Positions 43,366 to 54,721 of a DNA stretch of 64,000 nucleotides are shown here, piece by piece (position 1 is the stretch's first letter; each line of letters starts with the position of its first letter). The notes below the pieces were generated by a model. That model had not been told where the DNA came from. It saw nothing but the letters and a program-made list of their open reading frames with translations, and did no database searches. The stretch is from positions 5,270,001-5,334,000 of the forward strand of contig OX597828.1 in the NCBI GenBank assembly GCA_951406725.2, given 5' to 3'. The translations under genes were made by a program, and so were the position numbers. Source of the DNA: Octopus vulgaris. Taxonomy: Eukaryota.

Positions 43366-43440
43366 ATATACGAAAACTTACATGTCTACGCAGCTTTGCC
43401 TACTGTTGCCCACTGTTTTCTCCTGTTGTCCCCTGTCGGA

Positions 43441-43486
43441 CTCCCAGACGCAACGTTTCTAGCTCCTTAGCCTTCCTCAATGGGAA
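43441..43486 (-). ncRNA. Variant hammerhead-like motif (C3U)
   Basis: UUCCCA-UUGAGGA-AGGCU(AAGG)AGCUA-GAAAC-G(UUG)C-GUC-UGGGAG, with a 6-bp stem I, a short stem II, a 3-bp stem III and a GUC cleavage triplet. Confidence 0.55.
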
Positions 43487-43964
43487 ATACTGAAGAGAGT
43501 TAGGTCTGAGCAGATTTAAAATCGAAGTTAACACAAAGTTTACAACTGAGATGTGCTGATTGACCGCCAGACAGGAAGAAAGTCAGCAATATCAGTGCCA
43601 AGCAGTGTTTAGTTGAAATATGTTTGTGACATATGTCAACTTCTGAAGGCAAATTCACTTGAGTTACCGTGGAGAAAAAAATTCTACCTTACACATATAC
43701 ATGCGCGCGCATATGTTTATATAAATATTGACAGATAGAGAGAGAAAGTGGCGGAGAAATAGAGAGAGTGAGAGAGAGATATGAATAAACTCAGGAAGAC
43801 ATCTAGAAATCACTCAGTGTTAAACGAACTTAGTTATTTATATGAAACAGATATAAATAAATTCAAGTAGAGTTATTTTGTGATGACTTCGACACCTGAC
43901 GTGTGGTACACCGTGCATCTGGTCAGGCAACGTCGATTTAATGGAGTGAATGTAGAAAGCCTGA

Positions 43965-44135
43965 AATTTTTAGTGGGGGAGGGGGGAACTAGTCGATAAC
44001 ATTGCCCCCCCACCGTGCCCGAACGGTACTTATAATATCAACGCCGAAAGGATAAAAAGCGAATTCAACCTCGGCTGAATTTGAACGTAGAACGTAGACA
44101 GACGAAATAACGCTAAGCTTTTCACCGTGCCTACA
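43965..44135 (-). mobile_element. tRNA-derived SINE (family B)
   Basis: tagtcgataacattgcccc...ggtacttat...cgaaaggataaaaagcgaattcaacctcggctgaatttgaacgtagaacgtag...cgctaagc; homologous to 63308-63515. Confidence 0.75.
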
Positions 44136-44771
44136 AATAATGAAAGCAATAACAATTACAAAATGTCCGTAAAATTTCGGCAACTGTAAAAACCTCAGCC
44201 ATAGTGTACGCATGAAAGTGACGAGTGTTTTAGGTTTCATTACATTTGTATGTCTCACTGTGCTCAGTTTGATCCAGCACTGGTATAAATATATTAATGT
44301 TATAAGGCTTTCCGGCTACTATGCTTTCCAACTTCATTTTTCTTTAATATAGCAGGACGCTATCGCATTTTTACGCTGGGGTCATAAAACTGGGGACATT
44401 AGAGGTCATAAAACAGGACACATTATTAATTAACACTATAAAATTGTGCAGACAGTTATATCAAAAATAAAAATAACGTACAAAGTAACCAGATGTCTAG
44501 TTTTAGAACTTAAAACGTTAATTTAATAATACTTGCAGCCGACGGAAATTTTCACTCTGACAATCCTCAATTATATGCATTTATTTCCTTAAAAATGTAA
44601 AGCGAACATATAAAATGGCATTATATATTTCATTCTACCTCACACACGCACACACGCACGCGCGAACGCGTGCACTTGAACACGCAGAGTCATGTATAAA
44701 CATACACGTTATTACCTATTTATCCTATATTGTGTGTTTGTAGGCGAGTGTGTACAGGCGCGGTGTATTAT

Positions 44772-45162
44772 ATTTTCTTTTACTTCCTTTACTTGCTTCA
44801 GTCATTTCACTTGTTTCAGTCATTCCTGGGACACTGCCTTTAGTCAAAGAAATCGACTCCAAGACTTATTCTTTGTGAGCCTAGTACTTATTGTATCGGT
44901 CACTTTATCGAACCGCTAAGTTACGGAGACGTAAGCGCCAACATGAGTTGTCAATCGATGGTGGGGGCTCAAACACAGACACACAAATATACCCCCTACA
45001 CACATATACGACGGCGAAGGGCTTTTTTCAGTATCTGTCTACCAGATCGACTCACAAGGTATTGGTCAGTCCATAGCTGTAGTAGAAGACCAAGATGCTA
45101 CGCATTGGGATTGAACCCGAATCCATGTGGTGGGTAAATAAGCTTCTTACCACATAGCCACT
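44772..45162 (-). mobile_element. tRNA-derived SINE (family A)
   Basis: Same head, body and tail as the copies at 33670 and 46200. Confidence 0.85.
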
Positions 45163-45184
45163 GTGTATAGAAATTTTCTTTACA

Positions 45185-45385
45185 AACTTGACAGCAGGCC
45201 ATCAATCTTTAAGGAATAAGGCGAGTCGATCACATTACCCCCCAGCACGTTAAAGGTATGTTATTTTATCGTCCTCAAATGACGGAAGGGCAAAGTTGAT
45301 CAAGAAAAAAGATTTGAGCTCTGAAAGTAAGGAGTCGACAAAAATGCTTCAAAGTATTTCGTCCAATGCTCTAAACATTCTGAAA
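45185..45385 (-). mobile_element. tRNA-derived SINE (family B), diverged
   Basis: gagtcgatcacattacccccag...ttattttatcg...gaagggcaaagttga...gatttgagctctgaa... Confidence 0.65.
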
Positions 45386-45794
45386 GAGTTCCGGCATTAT
45401 GTGTACAGAAATATACACTTAGTTGTTGTATTTAGGAATGGTCATTTTGCCAGTTTAGCCAATAAAAAAAAAACTATATATTTGGTGTAACTTTGCTTCA
45501 GCGTTATTTATTTTTTTACATTAATCTTAATCTTATTTCGGCCAGAGTTCTTTCGTCACACTCCTGTGACCGCATCAGTGTTCCTTTGCTTTCTTCTTTC
45601 TTATTTGTGTGTCTCTCCTTACTAACAGTCAGCCATTTTGTATTTTGTATTTCTATTGTATGTGTCTTCATTTGCGCATGCGTATATCTCTATGTGCGCC
45701 TATGTTTAGTTAGTGTGTATGTGGGGGGAAGTGCCTGTAATATTTGTATCTCCTGTTTATATACGTTCGTGTAATTTGTTTTTATTTTTGTACC

Positions 45795-46187
45795 GGGTTT
45801 GTCCCACTGTTTGAAACCTTGGGCTAGTGTCTTCTACTATGACCTCGGGTCGACTAATTCCTTGTGAGTAGATTTGGCAGGCGGAAAGTGAAAGTAGCCA
45901 GTCGTATATACATATATATATATATGTATGTGTGTGTGTATGTGTGTGTGTGTGTGTGTGTGCGCGTGGGTTTATGTCAGTGTTTGTCCTCCCGCTATCA
46001 CTTGATCACCAATGCTGGTGTATTTACGTACCTGTAACTTAGCGGTTCACTAAAAGTGTCCGATGGAAGAAGTACTAGGCTTACAAAGAATAAATCATGA
46101 AACCGATTTCTTCAACTAAAACTCTTTAAGGTGGTGCTCCACTATGGCCACAATCACATGACTGAAATAAGTAAAAGAATAAAAGTA
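45795..46187 (+). mobile_element. tRNA-derived SINE (family A), partial head
   Basis: gtcccactg...ttgggctagtgtcttctactatgacctcgggtcgac...aacttagcggttc...aagtactaggcttacaaagaataa...tgactgaaataagtaaaagaataaaag. Confidence 0.85.
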
Positions 46188-46199
46188 CATATATATATA

Positions 46200-46414
46200 T
46201 TCTTTTACTTGTCTCGGTCACTTGACTGCGGCCATGCTGGAGCACCGCCTTTAGTCGAGCAAATCGACCCCGGGACTTATTCATTGTAAGCCCAGTACTT
46301 ATTCTAACGGTCTCTTTTGCCGAACCGCTAAGTGACGGGAACGTAAACACACCAGCATCGGTTGTCAAGCAATGCTAGGGGGACAAACACAGACATACAT
46401 ACACACACACACAC

Positions 46415-46480
<66 letters not shown>

Positions 46481-46638
46481 TACGACAGGCTTCTTTCAGT
46501 TTCCGTCTAGCAAATCCACTCACAAGGCATTGGTCGGCCCGGGGCTATAGCAGAAGACACTTGCCCAAGATGCCACGCAGTGGGACTGAACCCGGAACCA
46601 TGTGTTTGGTTAGCAAGCTACTTACCACACAGCCACTC
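46200..46638 (-). mobile_element. tRNA-derived SINE (family A), best-preserved copy
   Basis: The reverse-strand head ggagtggctgtgtggtaagtagcttgctaaccaaacacatggttccgggttcagtcccactgcgtggcatcttgggcaagtgtcttc carries A/B boxes. Confidence 0.9.
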
Positions 46639-47476
46639 CAGATAGATATAGATACTACTTTCACATAGAAACAGACATACCCAGATAGTTGCACAAATAC
46701 ATACATAAGTCAATAATAAAAATTCCTTATTGAGCTTTCTAATATGATTCTTATGTATGTCATGATATTAATGATTGAACGTTCATGTTACTATTTGTGA
46801 TTTTATAGCTTGCATAGTTGAACAACATATCATATCAAAGTAGGAGTATTTTTAGTTGTGCCGTGGCGACATATATTTCCGTGCCTACACTCTGTTATAC
46901 GAAATGTTTAAATAAAATTTCAAAATTTAAACTGTTGAAATAATATCAAAAACGAAATGAACGAACAACGAAGAAAAAAGTTTATCTCACATGTCTCTCT
47001 TTCACTCTCACCAAAATTAAGTGGTTGTTAATATAGGTTCTTTTAAATATAACCTTCAAACATAGAAGCTGCTTTGGTCTCTTGATGCGAAGGAAGTAAA
47101 AAATAATTAATAGAATAAGCAATTCAGCTGTGTAGGAGTGCATACATAACAACATAATACCAGCTGTTTTCATCTACACATTCATACTTTCTTTAAGAAA
47201 CTGCATCAATGTTTTCAACATCAGATCATTTACAGACCTTAAGAACTAGTAAGGAGATAAATCATCTTTCTTGGTGATATTTATCTGTGTTTATCTAGCA
47301 GCGATGAACTTTCGTACCTTGACATCGATCAAATAGAATAGTTTTTTTTAAAACTTCTTTTAAGTCGGAAATAGCAAAATGGACAACTGTAATGCACTGC
47401 AACTTGCAGTTTCAGTACACACAAGCGCATATATACATACGTACGTACATACATACATACATATATATATAAAGTA

Positions 47477-47507
<31 letters not shown>

Positions 47508-47560
47508 CATACATACAAACCAAAATACATGCATATATATATATATAAGTATATATATGT

Positions 47561-47766
47561 ATAAAACGATAATTTATTTTCTAACACAGAAACGCCGTTA
47601 GAACAGCAGAAATATTGCTTAAATTACTCTTACAAAGCTGAACAATTTGTCAACAAGCAGCCATGGTTGTTTCTTGGCAAATTCTTCCGCTTTCTAAGGG
47701 TAATTTACCCAATAATTCCGCCGTTCTAACGGCGTTTCTGAGTTTTCAAATAAATTATCATCTTAT
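47561..47766. mobile_element. ~205-bp fully palindromic (foldback) MITE-like element
   Basis: The arms are complementary around ccatgg at 47661-47666, e.g. cagaaacgccgttagaac / gttctaacggcgtttctg and gataatttattt / aaataaattatc. Confidence 0.8.
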
Positions 47767-48059
47767 TTGTATCTTACAGTACACCTTTGGACGCTTATGA
47801 AAACAAAACAAAACAAAACAAACAAATGTTTATCTCTCTCTCTATATATACGTAGTTATATGCATGTAAATGCGTAAGCCAACATCGGACTGTCCGACGA
47901 TGGCTTAACTAGCCGGATCTTCGAATTCGCTGTCAGTAAGCATTCTTGTTAAAGAATGATAAATATCTACTCTACAAAATGTATTTAGTGATCCTTCAAT
48001 TTAATGGAATATTGCTTTTATTATGGCATTAAAGAAACATTAAGGTTTATATATATATG

Positions 48060-49310
48060 CGAAGGTTCTGTTAAGCAGTGTCGAAGTTTTCAATTCTGTA
48101 AATAATAATAATAGTAATTTATAAGCTTAAAACTTATAAGCGATCGTTGCGGAATGTCTACAGAAAATGCTCTAATAATGGGGTATATAAGCCCTCGACG
48201 GAAGAAAGTAGGTTTTTCTAGACATGGCGTGTCAAGTAAATAGACACGCCATAAAATATTGTTTTATGTTTATTCTGACTTGTAAAAGTTTATATATTTT
48301 TTGATTGGCATTTTTATGTTTCAGGTTCGATATGAGACTGTTTAATCATGCTATGTACAAAAGAAGCTTTGGAACTGTCTGAATTACAAAATGATCGCAT
48401 TGTAGGTAATTCTGAATGTCGACATAATCAACGAAAAATGACAGAAAACCTTGCAATCTTGCTTTCTACAGTTAATAAAGGTGATTGTGCAATTCATCAG
48501 AAAGGAGTTCACATCATCCTGCCTAGATCAACAGGCCCCTTCTCTTTGTAAAGAGAAGTTTGGAGGATAATCCTTGTTGCAAGGCCTCTGACATAGCAGA
48601 CTAAGTTGATGTCAGTTCTAACAGCTGTCAGGTATCCCCCTAAACTTGGGCAGAGCAGCAAGAAAGAATCCCACTTCTTCGACCAACCAACATCAAGCGG
48701 GCGAAAGATGGGGGCAGTGAGATGGGGTAAAGCTCACTAGCATTTTGGGACAGAGGCCGAGTGTGGGTCTGGAGAGTCTGTGATCAAGAATGTGTTGTGA
48801 AAAGATAGCAGCCAACAATGAAACATGCCAGCTATTCTGTGATGGTCGGTGGAGGTTTCAATTTGGAGCAAGGATTCATAAGAGCTGGTGGAGTGTGAAG
48901 GAAACATAGACTCAGATAAATATGTGTCCATATTTCAGAAATGATCCCCTCGAATCTTCTCCAGTGGTGAAATGATTAAAGGAGACTATACATGGAAAAT
49001 GAGGCTCTTCTCACACTGCTAAAGTAACCCAAGATTTGTCGGATGAGGATGGCATTAAAAAGCTTCCATGGAGAGAACACATCAAAAAGAGAGCAATAAA
49101 GAATCTTCAAAGCAAGATGTTTTGAGATTATTGCATGAAACTTTGCAAGAACTTCCGCCAGAGAATATTCGTCATCTGATTGTAGCATGCCTAATAGGGT
49201 CCTCGCGTTGAAAAATGCAAAGGGCTTGTCTACTATATATTAAACATTCACATTATAACAATTGATATGTAGTTTGAATGTATAATTTCAGGTTTAAATA
49301 AATTCTAATG
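48060..49310 (+). mobile_element. Decayed Tc1-like transposon
   Basis: ELSELQNDRIVG...I.LSTV; PTMKH...SVMV; LVECEGNIDSDKYVSI; HTAK; MPNRVLALKNAKG.ST.Y*. Many stops and frameshifts; boundaries approximate. Confidence 0.8.
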
Positions 49311-49456
49311 ATTATAAAATTGTCTATTTACATCTGTCATGTGTGTGAGTGTGCGTGTATGTATATGTATATGTATGCATATATATATATATATATACAT
49401 ATATATGTGCACATGTATTTCTATCTCCTTCTCTCTCTCTCCCTCTCTCTCTCTCT

Positions 49457-49516
<60 letters not shown>

Positions 49517-49534
49517 ATATATACATGCTTCTTA

Positions 49535-49930
49535 TTTACATTTGACTTGACTTGCTTCAGTCATTGGACCATGTTGAAATGTTTATCGAAATAAGTCGAT
49601 CGACATGTTATTTTTTTACTTCCTTCGCTTGAGAAAATCGAAGCAGCATCCATGTTTGAAGGCTATATTTATGGAATAGCTACGTTACAGGCACGTACTA
49701 AAAGAACATATGTTACGAAGTGGTTGACGATAAACATGAAGATAGTATATATATACACATGTTATGTGGATTTTCACGCTGTTTTCGTCTAACAAATTTA
49801 TTCACAAACCATCGGTCGGCCAAGTGCTATTCAAGAAAATACTTGCTTACGTTAACACTCAGTGGCACCAGATCTGAAATCGCATGGTTCTAAAGAAAAC
49901 TATTTGACCACGCAGACATGCCTTCACCTA
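49535..49930 (-). mobile_element. Diverged family A SINE
   Basis: acttgcttcagtcattggaccatg...tcacaaaccatcggtcggccaagtgctat...acttgc...cagtggcac. Confidence 0.6.
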
Positions 49931-50501
49931 TTTACGCTTGCATATACTCACACACATATATAACCACGCATACATACATACTCATATAGTGTACTGTTCC
50001 GCTAATAGTAGGAACAAAAGTACTCCATCCAGCGAGAGATGAATATCATTTAATAAAAGAAAAACATAATTAAGAGCAACAATAAATATCATACCGTGAT
50101 ATGAGCAACAATACATTTCATACTGAGATAGTACAGTACACACGCGAACATTTATAGTGCCCTGTACATTATCCTTTAAGATATCTGAGTTAAAATGGGG
50201 AAAGAATGAGAAAGAAACAGGAAATGAAAAAAAGAGAAAAAGAAAAAAAAAGAAAAGGAAAGATTCGAAGGAAGGAGGGTAAGAGGTGTATGTTATTGAC
50301 GTGTTAGGATGACAATTGACAACGGTTGAAAGGGTTAATTCGACGGAAGAAAATTAAGATTTTAAAGACAGTATGCTAATTCTAGAGACAATGGTGTCAT
50401 CCAGTTCGATAGTAGAAACTTGTTGATATACTTGCTTTTTCCGAAAATTTCTGATCTCAGTCGTCTTAATAAATGTAAAAAGAATATATATATATATATA
50501 T

Positions 50502-51999
50502 GTCTCTGTTGTCCCTGTTTTCAAAAAAGGAAACAAATCGCTTACCGTGAATTACCGTCCAATCTCACTCACCTCTCATATAATTAAGGTATTTGAGAGA
50601 GTGCTGAGATCGCGTATGACTCACTTCCTTGAGAGTCATAATATGCTGAACTCCAACCAGCATGGATTCCGTAATGGGAGAGATTGCCTGACGCAGCTGC
50701 TGCATCATTTTGATGACATTTTGAGAGCCTTGGGAGAGGGTTCCAACACTGATGTCATCTACCTTGATTTCAGCAAGGCCTTTGACAGGGTTGAGCATAA
50801 GATCCTTCTGAGAAAGCTGTCCAATATTGGTGTCACTGGAAAGCTGCTGCAGTGATCAAGTGCTTCCTGTCTAACAGAACCCAACATGTTGTAGTCGAAG
50901 GAGTCAAATCCAGCCCAGCCAAAGTCAGCAGTGGTGTCCCACAAGGCACTGTGTTGGGCACACTTCTCTTCATCATCTACATAAATGATATTACTGACAC
51001 CATCAAACACAGTAACATCAGAACCTTCGCTGATGATTCCAATCTCCAGAAGGTCATCAATGGTGTGGATGACCGAATAAGCCTCCAGTCAGACCTACTG
51101 GCTGTTGTCCAATGGGCGGAAAAGAATAACATGTTGCTAAATGAAGACAAATTCGAACTGATACACTTTGGAAGGGAGAACGCTCTGAAACTCCCATACA
51201 CTCTTCCTTCTGGAGAAATTCTCATGGCATCCAACAACATCAGAGACTTGGGAGTAACAGTGGACAACAACATAAGCTGGGCTACACATATAAGCAGCAA
51301 AGTTGACATGGCCCGCAGAATGTGTTCTTGGATTCTCAGAACCTTCCAGTCGAGAGATTCCCACACTATTATCCTTCTCTTCCCCACTTTTGCCCGACCC
51401 CAACTTGAATACTGCTGTCCACTGTGGTCTCCCTACACAAAACAAAATATTATTAGAATTGAAGCTCCCCAAAGGTCAATCACAAAAAAGATAGATGGCA
51501 TGTCAGACCTTGACTACTGGGGTTGACTAGAGAAGCTGAAACTGTATTCACTCCAACGACGCCGTGAACGCTACATTATCTGTATGATGTGGAAAATATT
51601 CCATCAGCACTGTCCGAATGATGTTGGCATCGCCTTCAAAATACATCCAAGGCTTGGACCACGTGCCATCCGTCCACAACAAAAATCTAAATCGCATCAC
51701 ATAACGAAAATACGGCACAACTATTTCACCTCAATTGGACCCGCTCTCTTCAACATTACACCATGACACGTCAAAAAAGAAACTGACCACACAAAATTCA
51801 AGAAGTCTTTGGACAAATTCTTTCAAACAGTCTCGGACAAACCACCCACACCCGGATATGTCTCCGCAAACAATAACTCTCAGCTCGAATGGGCTTTGGT
51901 GCCCAAATCCTGACTTGAAAGACTTCGCCAGGTGGTGTTATTGAGTTAGACATGGCCTGGGCCAATACTGGCCAAAACCTTTCTAAGTTATTCTAAGTT
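50502..51999 (+). mobile_element. 5'-truncated CR1-clade LINE (RT and C-terminus), recently inactivated
   Basis: VVPVFKKG...NYRPISLTS, QHGFR, YLDFSKAFD, SGVPQG.VLG, FADD, RDLGV and RPQLEYC are present. There is a 1-nt deletion at ~50853, TGA stops at 51524 and 51764, and the natural stop at ~51911. The (TTCTAAGTT)2 tail and the whole element sit in (TA)n. Confidence 0.93.
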
Positions 52000-52000
52000 T

Positions 52001-52049
<49 letters not shown>

Positions 52050-52065
52050 ATGTATGTATATATAT

Positions 52066-52280
52066 ATAGTTAATCCAAACAAGAAAGCACAAAAAAACAC
52101 AACAACGCGAGGACGTGGAACAAATATAGTATTATTGGACGCTCAGGAAAGAAGGAAAGAAGGAGGGTTTAACGTTTCGAGCGGAGCTCTTCGTCGGAAA
52201 CATAGGAGAAGGACAGATCCAGAGAAGGGAAGACAGAGGAAAAAAAATCGCCAACGGTACACACGAGGTCACATTTTGAA
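52066..52280 (-). mobile_element. Short PLE-derived repeat carrying a hammerhead-like motif; related copies at 7925-8030 and 53085-53225
   Basis: gttaatccaaacaagaaa.cac...aacgc.aggacgtggaacaa...agtattatt.gacgctcaggaaagaagg is the reverse complement of 7930-8023. All copies abut (TA)n. Confidence 0.65.
52167..52201 (-). ncRNA. Minimal hammerhead-like motif (U4C variant, loopless stem III)
   Basis: GUUU-CCGACGA-A-GAGC(UCC)GCUC-GAAAC-GUU-AAAC, with perfect 4-bp stems I and II and palindromic AACGUU. Confidence 0.6.
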
Positions 52281-52282
52281 AG

Positions 52283-53040
52283 ACGACGGGCGTCTCTCAG
52301 TTTCAGTCTACACAATCCACTCACAAAGATTTGTTCGGCCCGAGGGTATAGGAGAAGACACTCGGCCATGGTGCCACGCAGTGGGACTGAACCAAGAACC
52401 ATGTATTTGGAAAGCAAGCTTTTTACCTCTGCGCCTATATATTTAAAAATTTTTTTTTACTTGTTTCAGTTATTTGAATGCTGCCAAGCGGGAGCACCGC
52501 ATTTAGTCGAACAAATGGAACCGGACTTATTCTTTGTAACTCCAGTACTTATTCTATCGGATTTTTTTGCCGAATCGCTACGTTACGAGGACGGAAACTC
52601 ATGAGCATTGGCTGTCAAGCGATGGTAGGGAGACAAACACAGGCACACACACATAAACACACACTATATACATACCTACACACACACACATTCACATACA
52701 TGTATACCAGAGTAATCACATAAGTGCAAAACAAGGTTGAAAAAATAGTACTCGAATACTAGAAGTAGAGTACTATGATTTATTAAAAAGCAGCAGAAAT
52801 ATCACAAAAACTCTTAATAATAGATTTTGCGATATTTTTGCTGCTTTCTACTAAAGTATATATGTATACACACACATGCACGCACACACACACACATACA
52901 CACACACACACACATACACACATATATCTATATATACGACGGGCTTCTTTCAGTTTCCGTCTACCAAATCTATTCACAATGCTTTGGTGGACCCTAGGCT
53001 ATAGTAGGAGGCACTTGCCCAAGATTCGCCACAGTGGGAG
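52283..53040 (-). mobile_element. Cluster of family A SINE pieces (52283-52437; 52455-52640 plus 52930-53040) interrupted by other repeats
   Basis: cgacgggc...cagtttc.gtctac..aatccactcacaa...gaagacact.g.cca.ggtgccacgcagtgggactgaacc matches the copy at 46200. Confidence 0.8.
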
Positions 53041-53259
53041 TGTCCTGGGCCAATATATATATAATTCTTTTGCTTCTTTCTTCTTCCCTTTCGGCTTTCC
53101 TGCTTTTCCTTTATCCGAAGAAGAGCTATGCGCGAATTATATCAATACTTTGTTTGTGCTACGCTCTCACGTTTCTTTGTGTTTTTCTGTTTCGTTTTTC
53201 CTTGTTGTTTTTTCGTGTTTTATATACATATATATATATATATATATACATATATGCAT

Positions 53260-53291
<32 letters not shown>

Positions 53292-54721
53292 GTATATGTA
53301 TTTGCATATATATCCACACATGCATATATATATGTATATATATATACATATATAGAACGTATATATATATATGCATATATATATATACATACATATATAT
53401 ATGCACACTCACGTAAACAAAAAATTATACTGGCGTACCCATAGATTAACCTATATTCATGCCCATTATGTATATACATCATGTATATGTGTGTGTGTGT
53501 GTGTGTATATGAATACACACATGGACACACACACACATTGTATATATGTACATATTTATACATATATACACATGTGTTTGTATGTACATTTGTTGACATG
53601 TGTATACGCAACACATTTTATCGGAAGTAGTGAAAATTCAAAAATTCGTAAATTTATTATCAATCACATTTGCTGATATTAAAACTGAGCACAACACATT
53701 ACACAGGTTTTATTGAATTTATTGCAATTTCGGTTCTTTTGAGAAATAAAATTAGTTTATTATCAATTGCTTCAAAAGGATATAATTCATTGTAATATAT
53801 TCGATAAATAACGATATAATTTGTCTCTCATTGTTATAGTAATTCAGTAAACAGGAAAATATTCCTAACGATCACAATTTTCAATATCTAATTTATTTGC
53901 ACTAAATGAGTAATTATATTACCTAGTTAAAACACGTCATTTATGTAAGAAACAATTCCAATAAAATATATGTCAATGTACAAAAATATAAAATGTATGT
54001 GCCATGTATACACGCAGAAGCACACACATACACACACACAAACACACGTACACACACTCATATGCGCACGTATATATTTAAAATTATTTACGTGCTTGTG
54101 TGAGTGCGAATGGATATGCCCATATATGTATCAGTGAAGTTTGTGCTTCTGATAACATGCCTCGCGATACAGTTTTAAAAGATAGCAAGAAGGACAATAA
54201 AGGCTGCCAAAAGAAAGTGGCCGTAATTTTTTTTAACGCGACGAATTTAATGCGAAGCATGTTTTAATTTTGAATAAAAAACAAAAAACAAAAAACAGTT
54301 GCGAAGATATTGCATATGAGATGACTCGATGAGACAGGAGAGTATCATTGTAAAGATACATGGCATCTTAATTGTACAATTAAAATCGCTTTCTACCTCG
54401 AGCTGGTACGCAAGTACGGTACGAAAAAAGATAACGTGCTAGTGAATTAGTAATTAGCATAGGTATCTTTACCTTTTCTAAATGAATATGCATCACAGAT
54501 ACTTCCATTACGCGTAGCGAGCTAAACGTAACCTGGAGAGGCAATTTCATGCTGTCCAACAATGTCATTGGGCACAGGACGGACCGATAAAGGTGCTTGG
54601 GATTTGGTTCGGACCAGACTTTCAGGTGGGACGAGGTGGGGAACAATGTAGCCAGTATCACCTAGAAATGGGCTGCAAGGAATCTGTCACTGAAAGATCT
54701 GGCAGAGGTGGCGAATATGTA

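Noticed and set aside
42882-43493. Long ORFs rich in YI/HT/CV repeats, here and at many other sites
   Set aside because: They are translations of (TA)n/(CA)n microsatellites, which lack stop codons.
47885-47925. ccgacga-tggct..agcc-ggat hammerhead-like string
   Set aside because: GAAA and the cleavage site are absent; too degenerate. The same applies to ctgaatga..gaaacacacgtc near 7808.
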